In this document: positions 1 through 12,700 of the stretch, piece after piece
Position numbering within the stretch: position 1 is the first letter of the stretch
Layout: each line of letters opens with the position of its first letter
Assembly: GCA_038496445.1 (NCBI GenBank)
Contig: JALMLS010000441.1
Location: 1-64,000 of the forward strand
Direction of reading: 5' to 3'
DNA from: Trichosphaerium sp. ATCC 40318
Lineage: Eukaryota; Protista; Tubulinea
DNA: 64,000 nt
Notes under the pieces: generated by a model
Told to the model about the DNA's origin: nothing
Database searches by the model: none
What the model saw: the letters and a program-made list of their open reading frames with translations, nothing else
Translations under genes and position numbers: made by a program

Positions 1-2150
1 TTCACATAGCCTTCCTTGTTTCGTGACAAACAAGGTGGCCTCGCACGTTTAAGTGATAGAGGTATTATACGCATGGTTGTGACCTCTTTGTTTACACGAC
101 GCTGTAATTTTCCCAATCGTACTGAAGACCGGTAGGAATGTCTTCGTCCATGTCATCTTTATCATCACCCTCTTTTTCCTCTGAATTAAAGCATAAGTCA
201 GGTTATGATTCAGTTAATCAAAAAACAGATTCCATACCAACTTCAGGAGAGATAAAACAAAAATATCATCGCCAAGAGGATGGCATAGTAGTAATGTGCA
301 GTAGTATGTGTCAGGAATAAGATCTTCTTTCGCGAGTTTGGAATAAGGAGACCTGAAAAAAAAATAAATTGTCAGAAAAAAGGTTGAAATCGAAAAAAAA
401 TTTACTAACCCGCTTATGAACATGCTACCACCTTCCATACGTTCTAGTAAACTTGGTCTATTGTACAACTTGTTTTTGGTTGATTCCTTAATTCGGACAG
501 GATCTGTCATTCTGGCGTAGGTTATGCTATCAGCAAGAGACACTAGTACCCAAATTTCAGCAAGGAAAAAAATTATACTCCACTTTTACCTTGCGTAAAT
601 TTACTGCATCTCTTCTTGTCATTTGACTCAGCGTAAGTGTCAAAGAAACCCCAAAGTGTAGCACTTCTTTCAAAGAGTTTTTCATCAGAAACTAAATGCG
701 AGTGTAAGTAGAAACATAAAAAAGAGAAAGGAAGGAACTAACAAATAGGAACTAGAATTGAAAATAGAGTAAAAAACAAAAATAGAAACGAAGCCACGTG
801 CTCTTGGATGGAACTAATTTTCTTGCAAAATTATAAAAAGCAGAAGCAAGGGCAGCCTTTTGCTCAGCGTATAGCTTTTTCTTTTGGATGAGATACCTAG
901 GAAATAGACGTTAAAACAAACGGAAAAAGTAGCAACTTTTTTTTGTTTATATTCACTTACTTTAAGGCAAGGATGGCTGGAGGGAACTGAATTCTCCTAG
1001 CAAAGTGGCCCAAAAACGATTTTGCACCATCAAGATGAGCTGTAAGTACATAGAGAGAAGATAGGAAACAAATCATTCCAGATTTTGATTGCTCAACAAG
1101 AGCTGGTTGCCAAGCTACATCAGCTTGGAATCTATGACCTTGAGGAGTTTGTACATGTCTGAAATTATCCGCGCTCTCGCCAGTGTATCTAAAACGAAGT
1201 ATAAGCCCAAAACAAGTAAGCTTGGGTGTACCTTCGGAAAGATACAAAAAGTATACTTGGGTCATCCCAAGGAGCAGCTGGGTTTAATTCTTCCTTGCTT
1301 TGAAGCAAACGCGCAAATCCGAACTGACCCAAAGTCATCTGTTCAGTTTTATCGGTTACAAGTATAGGATGTGCAGCGAGGTGCAAGTCAACAACTAAAT
1401 CAGTTCCCTTTCGTAAAAAAGTGAGTACAAAAAAAGACTACTGTTCGCGTGTACTTCGAATCTAGCCTGTTCAGCTGGATTGCATCTTTCAGAGCTCGTA
1501 GTGTATGGCCCAAGGTTACAGTTATCTCTTGGACAGTCTCATGGTATGAACAACGATATTTGATGGTAATGGGTTCGTTGGATGGCTGGGAAGCAAGAAT
1601 TTGCAATTCTGTGAAAAGGTTAATGATAAATTGCTCCAATGGTGTAATGTTGTTTGTACCTGGTTCTAGTTCGGGCGCGTTTGGGTCAACTTCACATGAG
1701 GTCTGTTCCTCTTTTTTAGGCTCTGCGGTTGCGCCTGGTATGATTAGTTTCCGTTTTGACGTAACAGAAATGTAAGTTGGTTTTTTTATTTGTACCTTCG
1801 TCGAAAACTGCTACAACCTCGTCAGCCTCCATAATAGCGTCTTCCAAGATATCTTCGTTGAAAAGAAAGGCGTCATCAGCTTTTAACTTCAGTTCTGTAA
1901 TTTTCACGTTTAATCCGGCGTCTGTAGCAAGTCTACGCGTAAACGGTTGAGTTCAAAGAAATTTTTGCTTTTTTTTTGGTTACTGACAGCGTTCACGTAC
2001 TTTTGAATGGAGGTCTCCAAATCTCCAACGGTTGACTCAGGAGACAAATCACACGAAAATTTTGACGACCCAACCTAGAAAAGTTACAAACTTGTATTTA
2101 CACGCGTATTTCAATACCTCGACTGTGTAAGTAGTTGTTGTGTTGGCCAT
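1..2150 (-). CDS. Multi-exon hypothetical protein with N-terminal ubiquitin-like (beta-grasp) segment(s); 3' end lies outside the window
   Basis: ATG at 2150 (MANTTTTYTVE / VGSSKFSCDLSPESTVGDLETSIQK, UBL-like 'xTVxDL' pattern). A second UBL-like stretch is ITVTLGHTLRALKDAI...MTLGQFGF. Minus-strand GT-AG introns link ORFs 1716-1907, 1400-1639, 1189-1386, 957-1265 and 214-543. Confidence 0.6.
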
Positions 2151-2415
2151 GGTATTCTGCGTGCCGTTTAGACAGATTTACGCTAGGAAACCAACTTAAA
2201 CATAGCTCTTAAGGCATTAACGCACGTAAACAATGAACAGCTATTTGCTAGAGCAACCACAAGAAGGCTGAATTCAATTGTACGTCAAATCGTGCAACAT
2301 AAACAAAACCAGCCTGTCAAATGACAGAAGCTTCTAACGGTACGCTTGTTAACAATACCACCGCCCATAACGTTCAAACGGCACGTTAAATGAGTTGGTG
2401 TCGGCCAAACTACAA

Positions 2416-5400
2416 ATGGCGTTTCGACGAGAATCATATCCTATCTAGAGACTTACCACAGCACTTTAGGTGACCCGTTGGAGTACAAGATTGTTTGCGT
2501 AGGCCAAACATTTTTAAAAACGTCATTGGTCAGCTCTTTCGTAACGGAGACGCAACAAGTACAGGTCAGCCGCGTCGTTTCGTTTCAAAACAAAAATATT
2601 ATTTCGGCGCTTTTTTTCAAAAAAACTAACTTGACGAGCAGTATGACCCTATAATAGAAGAAAACTATACCAAATCTATAAAAGTAGATGATAAACTTTG
2701 TAATTTGATAATAACGGACACAGCCGAACAGGTATGAACCAAGTTTTTTAGTGTAAAACAAGAAAAGTTATTTTTGGAACAACCCTTTTTTTCTTTTTTT
2801 ATGTTCAGCTAATTCTGACTTTTCTTTCATTTCAGGATGAATTCTCGTACGTCTGAGTATCTTTTATATCTTTAATATGAAAGATTATGATATATTTCTT
2901 ACTCACAGCGAAAGGTCAATGCGAGAAATGTGGTTTAAGAACGGTGAAGGTTTTATTTTTTTCTACAATGTGAGGTCAAGGACAAGCCTTGAAGGACTTA
3001 AGTTTCAGTTGAACATGATGTTTAATTGTAAAGACAGTAGGGATATACCAGTTGTACGTTATAACGCTTACGTGACCTACAAGTGTTTTTATTTCTCTTG
3101 AACAACACGCCGTAAAAACCCGATATTTTATTAATTTAATTAGACTCTTTCGTTGATTTTTACGTAGGTCATTGTCGGTTGCTGTTACTCTCGTAGTGAA
3201 GTAGGCGACAGAGAAGTATCAAAGCAAGAAGGTAAAGCATTTGCTGCAGGTGTTTGCGATAGAGGTATTCCGTATTTTGAGGCTGACGGCGACACTTGGG
3301 TACTTTTTTCTTTCGAATATTACACCTTTTGTTCACTTCTTTTGATCTTTAGACTAATGTGGAAGAACCCTTCGAGGCTATTGTCAAACAAATAAACACT
3401 AGAAGAAGTCAACCAGCTATAAAGAAGATAGAGAACCCCAAACTACGGTTAAAGATATCAAAGAGAAATCTTCTGAGGATGGAAATCACAGACAAAGCTC
3501 AGAAACAAGGGCTGAAGCGTCTTCCAAAACCACTGATTCCTTACGAAAACAGCGTGGCTCATCGTATTTTGAAGCACTTGCGAGGACGTACGCGGTGACC
3601 TTCCAAAATATCGTTGCGAACTGACAATTGGTTTCTGTAGCGTTGGCAGAAGAAACCTCATTGCCGCCAAAGGTAAACGAAAAGATAATGACAGATGCTA
3701 TGGCTCAGGTGTTTGTGTTCACGGACAAGCCTACCAAGATTGCTGACCTGTGTTATCATGCTGAGAGCGAGTTCAAGAGCCTTAGGTTTCCTTTCGGAAA
3801 CAATAACAATCGGCCTCAGAGTCATGTTCGTGTTATAAATTTGAACTCTGGAACAGCAAAGTTTCAATATTCTAAAGCTGATATAATCATTCTTCATATA
3901 TCATCTGTAGAGTATCAGTGGGTATACGGTTATGTACAACATACGTTTTCATCGTCGTCTCCAATATTTATTATGCTACGGGAACCTAATAGCAAGATTC
4001 CTATTTTACAAGGTAAGCCAAAGATTTTTTTCAGTTCTGATGCACTTTCTTAAGCTCCTTTTTATTTAGAGATATCGATGGCACGTTGGTTGTCTGGACA
4101 TATTATTGATTGGCCTAATAAGTCAATAAAGTCTGTGAGAACTCAGATAATAGGCGTTATTCTTTATGAATCCAATTTGAAGCACGAGGCAGACTTCCTT
4201 GATTATTACAGAAATTGGGTTGAATCTAAACCGAAATTGTATCCTCCATTGACGACAACACGGCATCATACGCTCAAATTACTTGGTACTACACTTCTAG
4301 ATGTTTTTTTTAAAGTCTACAGTGATAAATGGCTGACATGAATCATTTTAGTTCTTGGTCATGGCGGTTGCGGTAAAACCTCACTCATCAACTTTTTGAA
4401 AAAAAAAAAGAATATAATTACACAGTCTACTATTGGTTTTGATAGTAGTTTTCTAAGGTAAACGTTGTTTTGACTTTTTGATGAACTTAATCTGTACTTT
4501 GTCCGTATGTTCGGTTAGATTAATGGTTTGTTGTAGCATACGATCCAATAAATTCACTGTTTATGACTTTGCTGGACAACTCGAGTATTTATCTGTCCAT
4601 AAGCACTTTATATCCGCAGAGTACTCAATCTACATCATAGTGGTACGCATAGAAACTCTAGCATCTATTGTCACGTGCTTGATCAAGAGTGGATCGCATT
4701 TTTATCCAAAATCTGTTTTGTTCTTCTTCTCGCAACTCATGGTATTCTTAGTTCGATGCATCACAACAATTTGAGGTTGCTATGAAACAAATTAAGCATT
4801 GGCTTGCTTTACTACGTGGTAAACTACCTAGCACAACACTCAATGCTATTTTTTTTGTTGGAACAAAGATAGACGAAGTCAATAATCGTAATACAATCGA
4901 TACCCTCCGCACTGATCTAAAAGCATTCTTGAGTCAGGAAACAGAATTTACAAACCATACAATTTCGTTCGTCTCTTCAATAACTGGTACTGCGCTTCAC
5001 CTTTTGGTAACATCTTGATTAACATGCTGTAGGTGAGGGAGTTACACAAATGAAGGGACACATAGCTGAAGTGTATAAAAGTATGAAGCCATTTCCTAAG
5101 GTATGTAAAAAAATGGCGGTAGAAACCGTGACGGTTTTTTATTGGAATGGAAAAAACTGAGATCTCACTTCTCAAATAGGTTGCAAACTTATGTCAAGTC
5201 ATTGCAGATACTGCTTCACAAGGAAATCATTGTAGAGTATTTACGAGTGTGTACGTGTTTGGCAAGACCGGTTGTAGTTCGCCTCAGCGTCTTGTTGTTT
5301 TGATTGCTTTTCTAAGTTCTCTTTTTAGCTCCGACTTTAAAGACATCTGCAAGAAAGAGTTCAAAAAGAGCCATACTGATTGGAACAGGTTAACTAAACT

Positions 5401-8400
5401 CGAGTTTGCGACATACCTTGAGTACTTGCATAACACTGGAGTGCTAATGCTAGATACTGTACGGATTAACTGTTTTGTTTTTGGTTCATCCCTCCTTCTC
5501 ATTTTTTTGGTTTTAGACGACTGCTATAATTTGTACAAAGCCAGCTATCATGTCTAAAATCTTGAGCAGTTTTATTGGACCTGATACACATATCAATCGA
5601 CTTCAGGAGCAGAAAGGAGGCTGTGGTGGTATGAGGAATCCAATAGTATCTTTAGAGGATGCTGTAAAACGTTTGCAACGTGTTCCTACTACTGATGGAG
5701 AACCATACAGCCGGCTCATTTGCTTATCGATTCTCAACTTTATGGAGCAGCTCAAGATCTGTTATATGCTGTCACCGCAAGAGGAGGTACGCTTGAAGTG
5801 ATAAGAGTGGAATCGTGTACTTATTGATCGATAGATATGTTACGGAAGACCTGGATACATGTTTCCAATGCTCCGACCAAAAGCTGAAATGGCCTATCTA
5901 CCTCCTGTAGTAGGTGATCGTGAGGGGTTACGTCTTTGGACGGCTAGACTTAAGTCCAGCGAAGATGTTAGTATTACCAGCGATTTTTTTAACTCGATGC
6001 AAGTTGAACTGAGAGGTAAGCAAAAGGATTGAAAGCGTTTTTTGCAGAGATTTACTTTTTTTCCTCGCAGATTTTCACGACTTCAAGTACAAGCTTTTCT
6101 TGAACTCTATGGTCCTTGCAGATAAACAAGGTAATATGGTGTTATTATACCACTCAGTAGATTCCATCATTATGATGGTGCGGGGTACTGATCCAACAAC
6201 TTGGGTACTTCCTATTTTTCTCATTTTCGTACTCTTTTTTATTGTTCTTTTTTATTCTTAACTTTGGTTTTGTTTTAGCTTTCTACGCTATATGCATTTA
6301 TTCCTCAATTGAAGAGAGCATCTTTTGATGTACTTTGTCCTTCGTGTACGGTATCAGGGACGTTCCAGTCATTCGATAGAAGCCATGTTTGTAAATCTTC
6401 TACAACAACGCTTACAGAACAGACTGTTGATCAAGGTGTTCCTATTGAAACTCTTGAAGGAGTTGTACCTAAATTATGGAGTCCAAAAGGAGGTATTACA
6501 TTGTTTTCTTTTCATACAGACTGTAGTTTAAGTCATTAATGTCGTTTCAATTAAGGCGTCTCTTTCTTTGAAAAAGGAGTATGGCAACAACAGCCTCAGT
6601 TGAAGTATACTGTTCTAGAGCAGTGTGAAGCTATAAAAGAGAGAAAAAGCGAGTACTTACGTGCTCGGGATATGTTCTACCAGTTTGTTGGTGTTGACAA
6701 TGCATCATTCTTTAAGCTTGATAAGGTTGTGTTCTTTCACAATCCTACTCTTGAAAATAAGTTTCATGCTTTTTATCAACGTGTTATATCACGTGTTGTT
6801 GACCAACATGATCCAAATGATATTGAGGATTCGACAGATGATGGTATGTACTAGCTAACAAGGTGTGACGATGCTAAGCAAAGTTTAGGTGCAAAGAAGG
6901 CTTGGAAACAATGGTTCTTAGAAAACTTCTAACAATGCCATATTCAAATTTTTTTTTATTTAGGATACTTGAAAAGTTAGATAGTTACGCTATGCGTGGG
7001 TCTGGGAATGAACAAGTGAATTTATTGCCAGGGTGCGTAACTTTGTTTGTCGTTTTGACTTTTTTTCTTACTTTTTTCTTTGTTTAGGTTTCATGGCACC
7101 ACAGAGGTATTTTTTCGCATATTCTAAGTCTAAGAAGGCTTTACTAATAAAGAGGTTATAGGAATCATCGTTTAAAATCGCTGAGAATAATTTTTTGGAG
7201 CCTCGAGAGCTCAACAATCAGACAGATCCTGGTTATTTTGGTACTTAATCGGCAGAATGTCAAACATGTCACTGATAGTCTTTGGTAGGTAAAGGCATAT
7301 ACTTTACGCAATCGCCAACGTATGGTATGGTTATATTCTTTCAAGTTTATTCTAAGCCCTAAATCACGTGTAGGATCCAAATACGCTGAACTAAAGCAAA
7401 AGACAGGTCAACACTGTCTCCTCATATCGGTACGGCAACTTTTTCAGAAAAAACAAAAATAGACACCCTCCCTTCCCTTTCTTTGTTAATGCTGCTCTTT
7501 AGTGGTTGATTATGGGTAAACCGTATCCTGTCATTGAGACACCGGATCCTAATGATCCAAATACGTTACTTGGAAAGCCATGCAAGGCTGGCTATGACTC
7601 TCATTATGTTGTTGTTAAAAAGGCTGGTAATGATATGATGTATATGCCATGTCGTCCTGCTGAAGAACCTGATGCAGATGAAGTTGTAGTATTCAACAAA
7701 GACCAAGTAAGAAATAGTTAAACGCACACCTTCTTGGAATTAATGGCTATTTAGATACTGCCGCGATACTTGGTGTACTACACTAGGAGTGGCACCAATA
7801 CGTTTGATACATTCGAACTTAGCTGGCGAGATTGTAGAAACTTGGTTTTGTGGGTAAGTACAGCAAGAAGAGATGGTCTTGGTCCGATACTGGCCACAGT
7901 AATTGCCACGACTTTGTGTTGAACTGCTTTTTTAGGTGGATGATAATCTAGCTGATGAGAATAAGTTCACTGTAAAAATGTTGGAGAAGGATCCTAAAGC
8001 GAGTGTCAAGGTGAGCCCCTGATATGAACATAAGTTGATTAGTAATGTATTTGTATGTAGGTCATACCCATGACGTCAATCACGGAATTGATGGCATTTT
8101 TGAAGCAGTATGCTGCCAGTAATATTAAAAAAATAAAGGTCATTACAAATCAGTACAGAGCGAATGATGGCAAGCAAGATGCTGCCAATAATCTTGTCAA
8201 GTACGTTTACCCATCAATTTTTATATGCGTTCTTGATTCAAAAAAAGAGCGCACAAAGAGCTGGTTGCTTATTTTTTTCCGTTTTTAGAGTTGTCAGGGA
8301 GAAAAAGAAGTGGAAGAAAATTCCAATATTGATATACGGCAACAATGTTGACAGCGCTGGTTTTCTTGTCAAGAAATATTCAAAGGTTAAGGCCACTACT

Positions 8401-8436
8401 AAGGCAGTTGACTTGCTTCACTTTTGTTCAAAGTAA
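2416..8436 (+). CDS. Roco-family multidomain protein: pseudo-Ras + degenerate G-domain-like region + Roc-COR + PARP-type ART + receiver-like domain
   Basis: Spliced in frame at the domain junctions. Ras-like: MATLGDPLEYKIVCVGQTFLKTS..YDPIIEENY..DTAEQ..GEGFIFFYNV. Roc: LKLLVLGHGGCGKTS, STIGFD, YDFAGQLEYLSVHKHF, FVGTKID, FVSSITG. COR: LEYLHNTGVL, FMEQLKICY, YMFPMLRP, CPSC. ART: FHGT, DPGYFGKGIYFT, GYDSHY, DADEVVVF, ILPRYLV. REC-like: VLWVDDN, VITNQYR, IPILIY. Stop at 8434-8436. Confidence 0.85.
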
Positions 8437-8799
8437 TCCATTTTCCTTCGCTGGTGTGTCGGTTCATTGTACAAAGAAAAAAATAAGAAATCAAGAAACA
8501 GATTAATACCTGTTGTCCAATAAAACAAACATGTGAAAAGAACTTTATCTTGTATTCAACTATGTGTTTTACATCATATATCTATGTGAGATTGGCGCCA
8601 TCATGTCCAGCAGAGGAGACTGTATTTTTTGGAGGTAATATGCCATTGAGGTCAACGGTGCAAAAGCTAAAAGGTTGTGTTGCAATTTCAAATAGTGCAA
8701 GGAAAACTCATAAGCTAGCTTTGGTACAAGGAGATAGGGACTCAATTCATAACATCGATACTAAACATGGCCCCAATGTTGCTTTTTAGTTCCTTCAAA

Positions 8800-9075
8800 G
8801 GGGTACATCTCATGTCGTACTCTGGAATTGACTGGGAATAGTGACAAAAAACATTATAATCCCAATTTTGAGCTCGGTATTGTTTATCACTGTGAGCATG
8901 TACTTCTTGGTAACAAACCAAAACATGTTTAAATACTTGCTAGCACCCATTGTATAAAATAAGAGAGATGAAAACGGTTTTACTTATAAGTAATGACGAA
9001 CTCAAAATTGGAATTATCGATTTTTTTTTTGTCACTAATCCGGGGCAATTCCTGTTAGTGAGCACATGTAACCCC
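8800..9075. mobile_element. MITE-like element with long imperfect terminal inverted repeats
   Basis: ggaattgactgggaatagtgacaaaaaacattataatcccaattttgagctcg (~8824-8876) is imperfectly reverse-complementary to cgaactcaaaattggaattatcgattttttttttgtcactaatccggggcaattcc (~8997-9052). Outer ends are GGGGTACAT / ATGTAACCCC. No ORF. Confidence 0.55.
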
Positions 9076-9741
9076 ACCATAGCACGTGCTTGCTTCGTAT
9101 AGGGAGTTGCCTTTTGAAAGTACTTTTATGATATTCTAAAATGCAACAAGCTGTATGTACCGCTTCCGATCATTCGAACTGGTTGACCTATATTGATTGT
9201 GGCTATTTTATCGCCGATTGGCAAAGAGGTGACTTAATTAATTAAGCCACATCCCAAAGCAACGTTAGCTCATCCAATAAAACAATACCCTGGCAGTTTG
9301 TGATGCTAGAGTACTAGGCGATAATTTATTGCGCGTTTGAGATCAGTTCGAAACGTACGAAATTTCGAACAACTTGTTCGAAAAAACTTGAGTTTCGAAC
9401 GAAAAAAAGGACTTTTAAACACACTAACCGCCACAGTCGTAGTTGCCGCTTCGAGAAAAAGGTTGTAGAGTTATCACGTGATAAACAAGCGTAAAAGGCA
9501 CGTAAAATAGCTTTTTCTAGAATTTACTTATCACGTGGAACGTGCTAGCGGAGTGAAAACCACGCAAATACAGAAACAAAAAAAAAAAACCGTTAACATC
9601 AATTTTTATATCAAGGACGGAAGAATGTCTTGAGATGGTCTATTTGATTAACTTTTTTTTAAGCGAACCGTTCAACACTCAACTCACATAATCCTGAGGA
9701 TACCTAAACTCTTCAAGTATCTACGCCTGTAGCCACATATC

Positions 9742-12700
9742 ATGTCAAACCAGCACCAAGAACATGCGCTAACATTGGCAGGTATTAGCAAACCCTTCTT
9801 TAATACAATGACTATAACGATATTACAATAGCTGAACTGAAACTTCTTCAAACCTCCTATGATACTTCTATCATGTGCATGTACTTTGATTCAAAACAAC
9901 TTATAAGCAAAATAAAGGATACCACAACAGGTACAATTTTATCTGAGGTAGCAAAGGTTCACATGATTGTAGTATATAAACTGAAAAAGAAGCTACGTTG
10001 CCTCAAAACAGCTGATCAAATTCTACTGTGTTCAGGTTTGTAAATAGTTGTACATACATAGTAACCAATTTAGTTTATGCCAGTTTACCTATTATCAAAT
10101 CAATGTGTTTAAAGGCAGGGGCAGATATCAGTGCTCCAGATAAATACGGAAGAACAGCGTTACACAAAGCAGGTACTATTAATAAAAATACAATGTATGG
10201 TCTAACATTTCCCAGTATTTCATGGATACAACCATATTGTTGAATTATTGCTCAATGCAAACACAAATATCAATGCTGCTGATAAAGATGGGCAGACAGC
10301 TTTACATATAGCAGGTAGGCTTGTAAATAATATACAACGTAAGTTCTCACACTTTCCAGCACGCCATGGACGCAATAATACTGCTAAATTATTGATCAAT
10401 GCAAATGCAAATGTCAATGCTACAGATAGCAATGGAAAGACAGCTTTACATAAAGCAGGTACTTTTATAAACATACAATGTATGGTCTCACACTTTTTTA
10501 GCATGCCATGGACACAACAATGCTGTTGACTTATTGATCAATTCAAACGCAAACATCGATGCCGGAGATAAAAATGGTGAGACAGCTTTACATAAAGCAG
10601 GTACTGTCATAAACAAACACTGTATGTCCTCACACTTTCCAGTACACCGCAGACACCATAATACTGTTAAATTATTGATTAATAGAAACGCAAGTATCAA
10701 TGCTACATTTAGAGATGGATGCACAGCTTTATACAAAGCGGGTACTGTGTTGTAACAATTTATGTTCTCACATTTCCCAGCCTTTAATGGGCATAATGAT
10801 ATTGTTCAATTATTGATCAATGCATTTGCAACAATCAATGCTACTAATAAAGATGGACACACAGCTTTACACGCTGCAGGTATTCTGTTGTAAGATATAC
10901 AATGTATGGTCTAACCTTTTAGTGTTTCATGGGCACAACGACACTGTTCAAGTATTGATCAAATCAGATGCAAATATCAATGCTAGAGATAAATATGAAC
11001 AGACAGCTTTACACCTAGCAGGTACTGTTGTGCATATACCAATGGTGGCCTAATCTTTCCAGCATATCGTGGACATTATGGCACTGCTAAATTATTGATC
11101 AACGCAAAAGCAAATGTCAATGCTGCAGATAAAGATGGTCAGACAGCTTTACATAAAGCAGGTACTGTTGTACTATTGTAAGCATAAAATGTATGTCTAA
11201 CACTATGTAGCATGCTGTGGACACAATGACACTGCTAAATTATTGCTCAACGCAAAAACAAATATCAATGCTGCAGATAAAGATGGTGAGACAGCTTTAC
11301 ATAAAGCAGGTACTGTTGTACTATTGTAAACATGCAATGTATGTTCTCACACTCTCCAGTATGTCATGGACACATCAATACTGTTGATTTGTTGATCAAC
11401 ACAGATGTAGACCTCACTGCCACAAACAAAGATGGACAAACAGCTTTACATATTGCTGGTTCTATAAACATTTTTGAGTTATAAAATATCTAACGCTTGC
11501 TAGTTGACTATTGCCACAGTGGAATAGCTGAGAACTTAATTAAAGCAGGTGCAAACGTTGAAGCAGTAAATAATAAAGGATGGACACCTTTATATTTTGC
11601 AGGTGATACTAGGATACCAGAAGACTAAGCAGTATTTTAACTCTTTATGTAGCACAATATAGACCTACTGAAGTATTTGTGAGCTTATTACCTGAAAGAG
11701 ATATTTTTCCACGTGCCATGACTGAACAGAGGTTTGATTTCAAAACAGTATTTTTGAAGGTTGTTGACAATGATCCTGCATACACCAAAGTGTTTGAGAC
11801 TCTATTGGCGCACCTTCCAATCAATCAACAAGGTCATTCACTATGGACTTCATATGCATATATGACAAGTCAGAAATACATTTTTGCAACTCAATTTCCA
11901 GAGTGGAGATCCAAGCTTGCAAAATGGTTACAATACTTGGTACAACTTTCAAGTCAAAAGTATTGTACTAATCGAATACCAAGCCAACACGTTCTTATTT
12001 TAAACTTGCAATACAAAAGGGTATTTGTTCATTAATCTGTACTTACAATCCCATCTTTGTGCAATCCCCAGTACTAACACGTGTGTTTCAAGTTCAAACT
12101 GCTCATCATTTTGTTAATAGAGCTTTTGGGTTCAGCAAGGAGACCTAATGGAAGGTATTCTGTGTGATTTACCACATAGTATGTGGAGCGAAAAACAAAA
12201 CGTAACTGGTACTATTGCTCAAATGTGTGAAGAGGATGGGCTGTGTATAAACTCCATTCAACAAGATAAACAACATTGTGCGTGGTTTAATACAAGAATC
12301 AAAAGTGTGGTGTTTACTGTTATTATAGCATTTGTAGACCCTCACATGTGCGGATATTGTATTGCACACCAACCTATCAGAAGTACTGTATGTCTAAAAG
12401 TTTTTTATTAAATACTTTTTTAACTGTTGATAAAGCGTATGGATATTGTTGGGAATAATCTCAAGTGTAAGATTGGTGCTTATGCTATTCAGCCTTTTAT
12501 ACCCAATAGAGTTTTATGTGACACTGCAGCTGGTACAATCAATACTTTTCTCCAAATAGATTGATTTTCAACAAGGATTAAGAAGTAAGACATCATGGGA
12601 CTTAAACCCTCGATTGGAGTATGCACGTGCCTGGGACAGATCAAACAACAAGTAGTGTTTTAATGTTGTTTAATTCATTTTTATTTTAACAGTTCCTAAA

